Shown: piece by piece, positions 1-6,587 of the stretch
Layout of the letters: each line of letters opens with the position of its first letter
Position numbering within the stretch: the first letter of the stretch is position 1
NCBI GenBank assembly: GCA_037137395.1
Contig: JBAXKK010000046.1
Coordinates: 1 to 19,943, forward strand
Direction: 5' to 3'
Origin: Elusimicrobiota bacterium
GTDB taxonomy: Bacteria; Elusimicrobiota; Elusimicrobia; Elusimicrobiales; UBA9959
DNA length: 19,943 bases
The notes under the pieces: model-generated
What the model was told of the DNA's origin: nothing
Databases searched by the model: none
Seen by the model: the letters and a program-made list of their open reading frames with translations, nothing else
Program-made: the position numbers and the translations under genes

Positions 1-362
1 TCGCAAGATAACAATACACCGCCCGCGCCTTAACCGCTTTTCGTGCCTTACCACCGCCGGTAATCGCCTCTTTCTTTGCTCACTCCGGTTATTTCGCACA
101 CCTGCCGCATTATTTCTTCAGACGAGATATGCAATTCCGGCAATTCACCAGCTTCTTTTAATACCGATTCAACAAAATCTCCGCCCCCCAAAATAAAGAA
201 AATCCTCGTAATCCTCCTTTTCCAGGAAGATTGATCTCCGCTCATTTCCACGAGCGATTACATGGTACATATATCCGGCTAAATCTATTCGTGCTTGTCT
301 TGGCATAACAATACTTCACAAAAATTAGAGTTAAATATTCAATATTTCAACAGCGTCCCCTA
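1..362 (-). mobile_element. Internally deleted copy of the RAYT element (one TIR plus fused 5' and 3' transposase remnants); runs off the window edge
   Basis: 1-195 matches the 3' part of the RAYT gene (~5650-5843) and 195-306 matches its 5' part (6397-6508), so ~555 bp including the HUH and catalytic Tyr motifs are missing. The TIR CAATATTTCAACAGCGTCCCCTA ends at 362. Confidence 0.92.
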
Positions 363-691
363 ATTCCCCTAGAATTCCGTGGAAGTGTTCCATCACTAAA
401 GAGATGTATGTATGCCCAGTGCCCGTGTTCACCATCAACTGATATGTACCATCCGCCGCTAAAACCAATCCCTGCGATTGTCCCGTCTTCTACTGGATTG
501 ATGCTCTCCCCTGCGGTCGCAAGATAGTCAACACCCTCATGGTAATCCCACGTGCCACTGAGTACTCGTGGGCCAAAATCTGAATTAATGGACCATGACC
601 AAGGTGGAACAATCGTCTGAGCCACCACATCTGTTAAAAAGATTGGCAGAATGCCGATGACACAAAACAAATGTCTAATTTTTAATCGCAT
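347..691 (-). pseudogene. Truncated secreted M23-family metallopeptidase (N-terminal stub)
   Basis: Signal peptide, then INSDFGPR...HEGVD (HxxxD) and AYIHL. The frame runs into the TIR (…RGIRGRC*) directly after. ATG abuts the upstream stop (TAGATG at 694-689). Confidence 0.8.
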
Positions 692-1741
692 CTATTCCTC
701 AAAACGCTGCTTCAAGTCAATTTCCAAATTCTCGCGCCCAAAGGCAAGTTTCATTTGCCCATTGTCGTTTAATTCAAAAACTGCATATGGTTTTTCTGCC
801 TTCCACCGCTTGCCAGTGGTGAGATCAAAAACAACAAGACGCATCCCCTCGCCCAAATATCCCGCTTTAACCGCGAGAAACTTTCCATTGGGAGATATGT
901 TTATATCTCCCTCGGGGTGGACTTTAACATCCTTATCAGAGTCAGGGAAAGTTAACAACGACCTCCCCTCCCTGTCATATGCATATAAAACTTCTTTGCC
1001 TGGTCCCTCTCCTTTGCTTGTCATGAAAGCAACGGATCCATTATTCGAAACAACCATATCTGGTCGCGGACCGCCAGCGATACTTCCCTGCTCAATTTTT
1101 TTTTGAAACAGCTCTTTCCCAGTATTATTTAAGAGCACAAGTTTTGCTTCTTGTGGCGGTGGCGCATAAGCCCCTTCTCCGTAAGTCTTTACATAATCGC
1201 CGCTCTCCTTGGGATCGTTGATGTTGTGCCGCACCCAGACAAGATGGTCGATAATTAAGCAATACTCTTGATTCTCTGAAATTGTGGCGCTTTTGGAATT
1301 TACTTGATACCCATTCCATTCTTTGCTGATCGTTGCATCCTTGAATTTTTTTGAAGTGGTTTTTTCACCAAGCTCTATGCGTTTAACGATATTGCCATTC
1401 GCAGCAATAAATTTTAATTTTGGTTGTCTAATCTCCTCTACTCTGACTAATTTGTGGTTCTCTTCGTTATACTTCTGCATCAATCCTTTTTCTTTTTTTA
1501 TTTCATCAATGGAGTTGACCCCCAGTTTTCGCAAGGTTTTTTCTTTTACTTGAGTTAATATCCGTTGTTTTTCCTTTCCATTTCGAGACACATATAATTT
1601 CTCTGACTCTTTCCCATAGTCATCAAAAAGAGTTATTTCTTCTTCCTCAAGAACCACTCGCCCTTGAGGGCTTTTTTCTTGACCATGTGCCATTAATGGG
1701 GTCAAGGTAAGTGCCAGCATGATGGTTAAAGTTAATTTCAT
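692..1741 (-). CDS. Secreted protein (349 aa) with beta-propeller-like blades
   Basis: Likely start ATG 1741 (MKLTLTIMLALTLTPLMAHG, signal peptide) after AAGGAAGGGTG. WD40/TolB-like motifs VVSNNGSVAF, ISPNGKFLAV, LVVFDLTTGK. The longer ORF call reads through repeat DNA. Confidence 0.8.
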   Translation of the reverse strand: MKLTLTIMLALTLTPLMAHGQEKSPQGRVVLEEEEITLFDDYGKESEKLYVSRNGKEKQRILTQVKEKTLRKLGVNSIDEIKKEKGLMQKYNEENHKLVRVEEIRQPKLKFIAANGNIVKRIELGEKTTSKKFKDATISKEWNGYQVNSKSATISENQEYCLIIDHLVWVRHNINDPKESGDYVKTYGEGAYAPPPQEAKLVLLNNTGKELFQKKIEQGSIAGGPRPDMVVSNNGSVAFMTSKGEGPGKEVLYAYDREGRSLLTFPDSDKDVKVHPEGDINISPNGKFLAVKAGYLGEGMRLVVFDLTTGKRWKAEKPYAVFELNDNGQMKLAFGRENLEIDLKQRFEE

Positions 1742-1774
1742 AGTTAAGTCACCCTTCCTTATTCTTGTTGTTCG

Positions 1775-1933
1775 GCGAAGCCGGGAGCCAGCCGGGCTTT
1801 GGCGGCTGGCGCAGAGGAGGTGATGAATATGACCGATACTCCTCACCTCGGGGCGAGCGAGCGGAGTGCTTGCCAGCCGCGTTAGCGGCTGGCAAAGGAC
1901 GACGCCGCAAGCGTAAGATGCAGTATACCGCTT
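1775..1933 (-). repeat. GC-rich structured repeat, copy A
   Basis: Reverse complement aligns to 2310-2482. Contains the core GGTATACTGCATCTTACG (1929-1912) and the perfect hairpin TTGCCAGCCGC-GTTA-GCGGCTGGCAA (1870-1895). Confidence 0.88.
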
Positions 1934-2309
1934 GTTTTTCGGCCTTCCCACTTTCGGATACGGCGGGCGTGTCGGGGAAAGCCAGAATGGGTTCCCCTTC
2001 TATTCTTCCTTTGGGGGAGCCACCGGGATTCAGCCTGTTAGTCTTGGCCATGATAATTTTATTTTTCGCCAGAATTTGACCGCTCTGAATCTGCCGGACG
2101 GGCAGCATAAATTTGTTGTTAAAATTAAAGATGTTAATGGGCATGAATCCGCAGAAGCAGATGCCGCAAAAGTTGATTTTATAAGAAATTTCCTTTTTTC
2201 TCTCGTCGTAGCTGTTCATAACAGGATTATCCAAAGTCCTTCCATCAACTCCGTAAAATCTATGACCGCTGGAATATCCACCAGGCTGCATGAGGCCGTC
2301 CTCCTGGCG
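1934..2309 (+). pseudogene. Probable internal fragment of a large secreted protein lying between the inverted repeats
   Basis: Open frame with NLTALNLPDGQHKFVVKIKDVNGHES, resembling an Ig-like strand motif (PDGxHxxxVxxxDxxG). No convincing start codon/RBS and no stop of its own. Confidence 0.4.
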
Positions 2310-2482
2310 AAGCGGTATACCGCATCTTATGCTCGCGGCGTCGCCCTTTGCCCGCCGCTGGCGCGGCTGGCAAGCGCTCCGCCCGCTCGCTCCCGCGCTG
2401 TTGTTGCTCGCCCGGCTCGCGGGGACGGGGAAAAGCACCTCCTGTACGCGTCCCGCCAAAGCGCGGGCCGCTCCCGCTTCGC
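2310..2482 (+). repeat. GC-rich structured repeat, copy B (inverted relative to A)
   Basis: AAGCGGTATACCGCATCTTATGCTCGCGGCGTCG... has about 10 mismatches to copy A over the first ~80 bp (hand count). A variable middle follows, then the shared block CACCTCCT...CCGCCAAAGC...GCTCCC...CTTCGC. Confidence 0.88.
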
Positions 2483-2502
2483 TATCGCTGCGCGTACACC
2501 AA

Positions 2503-2520
2503 GGTATACTGCATCTTACG
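2503..2520 (+). repeat. Third copy of the 18-bp core GGTATACTGCATCTTACG, followed by a different hairpin
   Basis: Identical to the reverse complement of 1912-1929. Followed by GATAG...CTATC (2531-2555) and then the RAYT TIR at 2563. Confidence 0.8.
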
Positions 2521-2562
2521 GGGACCGCACGATAGCCGCCCGCGCTGGCACTATCACGAGAG

Positions 2563-2881
2563 TAGGGGACGGTGTTGAAATATTGCTTATTCAGGCATCA
2601 CAATATTTTCACACAAGTCTTTTCCCCGCTCAATAAGTCTTGAAACTGCCCCGCAAGTCAGCCCTAACTCCCTCGTTAGCTCTACTCCTCGCATTTTGGT
2701 CTTTTCTCTCGCAAGATAACAATACACCGCCCGCGCCTTAACCGCTTTTCGTGCCTTACCACCACCTGTAATCTCCTCTTTGCTCACTCCGGTTATTTCG
2801 CACACCTGCCGCATTATTTCTTCCGGCGAGATATGCAATTGCGGCAATTCACCAGCTTCTTTCAATGCCGACTCAACAAAA
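2563..2881 (-). mobile_element. Truncated copy of the RAYT element (TIR plus 3' end of the transposase)
   Basis: TIR TAGGGGACGGTGTTGAAATATTG at 2563-2585. 2587-2880 encodes the RAYT C-terminal HTH region (KEAGELPQLH...ELGLTCGAVSRLIERGKDL). Cut off where the miniature element begins. Confidence 0.92.
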
Positions 2882-2892
2882 TAGGGGAGTCA

Positions 2893-3088
2893 TAGGGGAC
2901 GTTGTTGACTTGTCGACTAACTATTTTTCTTGTGCACATAACAGCCTCCGCTCCTTCTCCACAAGCCGCGATATCCCGCTCCGGGTTAACCCAAGCTGAC
3001 TATTCTTCCCAGATTACTCTGAACCTGTAAAACAAAATTCTCACAATCCTCTTTCTTAACTTAGTCAATTAATCAACAACGTCCCCTA
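2893..3088. mobile_element. Miniature non-autonomous RAYT-derived element (MITE-like), copy 1
   Basis: 16-bp perfect TIRs TAGGGGACGTTGTTGA / TCAACAACGTCCCCTA. The minus-strand interior reads QLGLTRSGISRLVEKERRLL, similar to the RAYT C-terminus. Repeated at 4167-4361. Confidence 0.9.
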
Positions 3089-3095
3089 TTGCACC

Positions 3096-3194
3096 CTACA
3101 ACCCATCGGCGACCACTTCAGAGCGGGTTTTCGCATAAAGATTCCCGCTTAAAATGGCAAGGCAAATAAATGATAACAAGAATTTAGTGCGCAT
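3096..3194 (-). pseudogene. 32-aa stub of a secreted protein (MRTKFLLSFICLAILSGNLYAKTRSEVVADGL), possibly NlpC/P60-like
   Basis: Hand-translated, below the ORF-track cutoff. Starts 9 bp after the upstream stop and has a clear signal peptide. Its TAG lies in the partial TIR duplication. TRSEVV resembles the first helix of some NlpC/P60 domains (weak evidence). Confidence 0.6.
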
Positions 3195-3203
3195 ATGGTT
3201 TTG

Positions 3204-4106
3204 CTATTTTTTTAAAATAATTTTTTTTACGCTTATTCCTTCCCAATAACCTTCAAAATCCCACTTCTCCTGATCTTCACTAGGCTTTGTTGAATACAAC
3301 CCCAATAAATAGAGATTCGCTTGTGTAGAAATAATCATTGTTTCCATATTTTTAAGGATTTCAAAGAGCATGTTGCCATTCGGACCATACGCCCGAATTA
3401 CCCTGCCGTTTGAAAACCATTTATGTTTGCTTTGATCCTCAAAAGCAAAGCTAGCATCAAACCCGTCATAGGTTAAGCGTTCACTGACTGTATTATTGCG
3501 TTTCTGGCTTTCAGCTTTAAACTTGCTATCGGCTTTGAGTTTTTCCTTTATTTCCGCAATCCTGAAAGAACGGGACATTTTATTCCTGACTTTTGTTTCT
3601 TCATCAGCCGCAGCAACCTTTGAAAAACGCCCTTTACTGAATTTATGGAGGGTTTCACTCCTTTTGGTGCCGCTGCGCTCATCTTTTACGGCATAAATTG
3701 CACCATCAATATACTTAATTTCGCGGATTGAGGTTGCAGGATACTCAAGTCCGTTATTTCTTTTAATATCCTCATTGCTGGCAAGCTTATAAGAGTCAAT
3801 AGGAATTACACCAAGGAATTTCCCGTTCTTATCGTAATGCTGGACACGATTATTAAGGTGATCGAGAATATATATCTCCTCATTATCATCCACGACCATA
3901 CTTCTTGGCCAATCCAAATCACCTTCCCACATTCTATACTTATATTCTCCAGGTTTCTCTCCCCATTTACCAACAATTAAAACCTGCTCTTCATAGGCTT
4001 TCCCTTTTTGTGCAGGAGAAGACACTCCTTGTTCTTCCGTCGCATCAAGAGATGAAGCCACACAGGCCATCAACATCACAAGTATAAGCAGTTTAGAGAA
4101 TTTCAT
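3204..4106 (-). CDS. Secreted NHL-repeat-like protein (300 aa)
   Basis: ATG 4106 with RBS AAGGAG and signal peptide MKFSKLLILVMLMACVASSLDA. NHL-like motif WPRSMVVDDNEEIYILDHLNNRVQHYDKNGKFL. Confidence 0.82.
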   Translation of the reverse strand: MKFSKLLILVMLMACVASSLDATEEQGVSSPAQKGKAYEEQVLIVGKWGEKPGEYKYRMWEGDLDWPRSMVVDDNEEIYILDHLNNRVQHYDKNGKFLGVIPIDSYKLASNEDIKRNNGLEYPATSIREIKYIDGAIYAVKDERSGTKRSETLHKFSKGRFSKVAAADEETKVRNKMSRSFRIAEIKEKLKADSKFKAESQKRNNTVSERLTYDGFDASFAFEDQSKHKWFSNGRVIRAYGPNGNMLFEILKNMETMIISTQANLYLLGLYSTKPSEDQEKWDFEGYWEGISVKKIILKK

Positions 4107-4166
4107 TTTATGCTCCTTACTATCCCATTTTGGAACCATTAAAATATGAGCCTATAAGCCAAGTAA

Positions 4167-4361
4167 TGGGGTACGCTGTTGACCAGTTGACTGACTATTT
4201 TTCCTATGGCATAACAGCTTCCGCCCCTTCTCCACACGTCGCAATATGCCACTCCGGGGTAACCCAAGTTGATTATTCTTTCCAGATTACTCTGAACCTG
4301 TAAAACAAAATTCTCATAATCCTCTTTCTTAACTTAGTCAATTAATCAACAACGTCCCCTA
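4167..4361. mobile_element. Miniature non-autonomous RAYT-derived element (MITE-like), copy 2
   Basis: Direct repeat of 2893-3088. Left TIR degenerate (TGGGGTACGCTGTTGA), right TIR TCAACAACGTCCCCTA at 4346-4361. The right half is nearly identical to copy 1. Confidence 0.9.
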
Positions 4362-4559
4362 TTGCACTCCACTGTAATCAATAGCCTTGTGAAAGTCATA
4401 CTTTAGAGAACCATTCTGTAAGATTACACGTGGCCCGAAATCCGATGATATTGAAAATCCTGGGTCGCTAGCTGTGATATGAGCGAATAAAACAGAAGCG
4501 TTGCTCAGAAAGACCATAAGCAAGAACAAAAGAAGTTGGAATTTCGTTTTATTATTCAT
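4359..4559 (-). pseudogene. Truncated secreted M23-family metallopeptidase (N-terminal stub)
   Basis: Signal peptide, then ISSDFGPR...DFHKAIDY (HxxxD), homologous to 347-691. The stop codon is the TAG of the TIR. Starts 5 bp after the upstream stop. Confidence 0.8.
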
Positions 4560-4564
4560 AGATA

Positions 4565-5473
4565 TTAATCTTCTTCTTTCTGAACGCCAGTGCTCTTGAA
4601 GTCATTCATGTCAGGCACCCATTCGTATTCTTCCCATATTTGACTGCCGACATACCCTTCCGCACCACCATGAAATTTAACTTTCCGCCCCCCGCCCCCA
4701 TCTTTAACAAATTTCCTTCCCAATAATTTCCCCTCATCAGTAATCCCTTTTAGCTTAATCCCCTTACCCCATTCAGCATAAAAAACCTTCTTATTTGCGA
4801 TATCGACTACCGTAAGCAAATTCTTTGAAGAATAGTTTCCACGCTCTTGCAAAGCGAGCCATTTCCCAAGCGGGGAGACCATTGCTATTCTCCATCCGCC
4901 TCGCCTTGACATTGTTGAAAATAGTGTTTCCCATTTATCATTCATCACCGCTAAATAGGTCGTTTTTAATCGTCTGTCTTGCTTAAGTGGCTCGGTAGTC
5001 GATTGCCCTGCGACATAGTACTTTTCAAACTCCACATCTTCGAAACCTTCGTCAATAAGAATAATGACGTTTCCGTTATCGGATATTTTCTCAACATAAG
5101 AACGACCGCCCAATAGTTTTTGGGATATTTCCGTGCCAGCCTCGTCATACCATGTTATAATTGTCCCGCTAGAAAAACGTATTTTATAAGGGTCCACTTC
5201 ATTTACATCGCGCGTCTCGTCTTGAACCACGGTAAATTTAGTGTCTTTGCTACGCAGAGCTTTCATTTTTTGCCTTATCGTTTTACCGCTTTCGGTGAAT
5301 TCTCGGTTCTCAAGGCGGATTTCCTTTTTTATTTTGGCTGCTTTATCTTTGAAGACAATTTTATCGGCAGATTTTTCAGCTTTTCCATCTTTGCCTATTT
5401 CCTGCGCCGCAAATGCCGCTCCTGTCAGGCAAAATATCGCTGCCGTTATAAAAAAACCCTTCAGTGTTTTCAT
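4565..5473 (-). CDS. Secreted protein (302 aa), beta-propeller-like, distant homologue of 692-1741
   Basis: Signal peptide MKTLKGFFITAAIFCLTGAAFA. Motifs KISDNGNVII, VSPLGKWLAL, LTVVDIANKK and ITDEGKL are collinear with those of 692-1741. Confidence 0.8.
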   Translation of the reverse strand: MKTLKGFFITAAIFCLTGAAFAAQEIGKDGKAEKSADKIVFKDKAAKIKKEIRLENREFTESGKTIRQKMKALRSKDTKFTVVQDETRDVNEVDPYKIRFSSGTIITWYDEAGTEISQKLLGGRSYVEKISDNGNVIILIDEGFEDVEFEKYYVAGQSTTEPLKQDRRLKTTYLAVMNDKWETLFSTMSRRGGWRIAMVSPLGKWLALQERGNYSSKNLLTVVDIANKKVFYAEWGKGIKLKGITDEGKLLGRKFVKDGGGGRKVKFHGGAEGYVGSQIWEEYEWVPDMNDFKSTGVQKEED

Positions 5474-5477
5474 GGTA

Positions 5478-5527
5478 GGCATAGGGGACGCTGTTGAAAT
5501 ATGGCATAGGGGACGCTGTTGAAATAT
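5478..5527 (+). repeat. Exact 25-bp tandem duplication of the RAYT TIR and its flank
   Basis: GGCATAGGGGACGCTGTTGAAATAT occurs at 5478-5502 and 5503-5527. Confidence 0.97.
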
Positions 5528-6564
5528 TGCTTATTCAAGCACCACAATATCTCCAGACAAGTCTTTTCCACGCTCAATAAGTCTTGAAACTGCCCCGCAA
5601 GTCAGCCCTAACTCCCTCGCGAGTTCTACTCCTAGAATTTTGGTCTTTTCTTTCACAAGATAACAATACACCGCTCGCGCCTTAACCACTTTTCGTGCCT
5701 TACCACCGCCGATAATCGCCTCTTTGCTCACTCCCGTCATTTCGCACACCTGCCGCATTATTTCTTCAGGCAAGATATGCAATTCCGGCAATTCACCAGC
5801 TTCTTTCAATACCGACTCAACAAAATCCCCGCACCCTAAAATACGGTCATCAAATATTTCTCTTCCCCCGCTTCTCCTGCAACTTAAAACATTTCCAAGC
5901 CCGCCCATACTCTTAATCAATCCACCACCGGAATATTCTCCGCCTTTATATTTATCCTGTCGCTCTTTTAGGAAGGCTTCATATCCTTGCATGGCTTTTT
6001 GCTCTTTCCCACCAAAATGGCCTAAGACATAATCTCTTTCCAAAAATCCGGTTTTACACATTCCGATCAAAGCACCGTGCCCACACCATCTATATTTTCC
6101 CAATTCCTTAAAATCATTAACCAGTTTTGCTCTCAACGGGTTCAGATGAATATACGCTACGAGCTCCCTAAAATATTCTTCCTCGTCGCATATTATTCCT
6201 TTATACCGATTCTGGAACAAATGTCCGCAACGCTTGTGCCTTATATTAAACCCAATAGCATAGCCGGTCATTAACCGGCTCATAAGTTCAGCCAAAGGTT
6301 TTTTGCCGCGCAATATCAACAGGTGGAAATGATTAGGAATAAGACACCAAGCCAGACATTTCCCTCCAGTTTTATCCAGGGCAATTTTAAATCGTGAAAG
6401 AAAATCCTCGTAATCCTCCTTTTCCAGAAAGATTGATCTCCGCTCATTTCCACGAGCGATTACATGGTACATATATCCGGCTAAATCTATTCGTGCTTGT
6501 CTTGGCATACCAATATTTTATAAAAATTAGCGTTCAATATTCAATATTTCAACAACGTCCCCTA
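5507..6564 (-). mobile_element. Intact TIR-bounded RAYT element (1058 bp)
   Basis: TAGGGGACGCTGTTGAAATATTG (5507-5529) and CAATATTTCAACAACGTCCCCTA (6542-6564) are 22/23 inverted repeats enclosing only the transposase gene. No target-site duplication seen. Confidence 0.9.
5531..6508 (-). CDS. rayT: REP-associated tyrosine transposase (HUH Y1, RAYT) with C-terminal DnaA_C-like HTH
   Basis: MPRQAR...YHVIARGNERRSIF, HUH motif CLIPNHFHLL, HLFQNRYK, catalytic YIHLNPLRA, YRWCGH, and a C-terminal helical HTH-like region. Confidence 0.95.
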   Translation of the reverse strand: MPRQARIDLAGYMYHVIARGNERRSIFLEKEDYEDFLSRFKIALDKTGGKCLAWCLIPNHFHLLILRGKKPLAELMSRLMTGYAIGFNIRHKRCGHLFQNRYKGIICDEEEYFRELVAYIHLNPLRAKLVNDFKELGKYRWCGHGALIGMCKTGFLERDYVLGHFGGKEQKAMQGYEAFLKERQDKYKGGEYSGGGLIKSMGGLGNVLSCRRSGGREIFDDRILGCGDFVESVLKEAGELPELHILPEEIMRQVCEMTGVSKEAIIGGGKARKVVKARAVYCYLVKEKTKILGVELARELGLTCGAVSRLIERGKDLSGDIVVLE

Positions 6565-6587
6565 TTATCCAGTCCCCTATTATCCTA

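Noticed and set aside
48..251. 67-aa ORF as a real small gene
   Set aside because: Chimeric frame across the deletion junction of a broken RAYT copy.
1765..1800. GTTCGGC/GCCGAAC as a canonical integron attC end
   Set aside because: No matching partner box at attC distance after a stop codon, it lies upstream rather than downstream of the gene, and there is no intI in the window.
1742..2636. Long ORF calls 1749-2459, 1765-2079, 2290-2535, 2348-2578 and the N-terminal extension of 692-1951
   Set aside because: They read through GC-rich repeat DNA that lacks stops. The repeated peptide RYTASY is just the translated repeat core.
341..6564. Recurring TAGGGGACGYTGTTGA motif read as a CRISPR array
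   Set aside because: Copies occur in both orientations at 25-2200 bp spacing and bound transposase sequence. There are no regular spacers and no cas genes.
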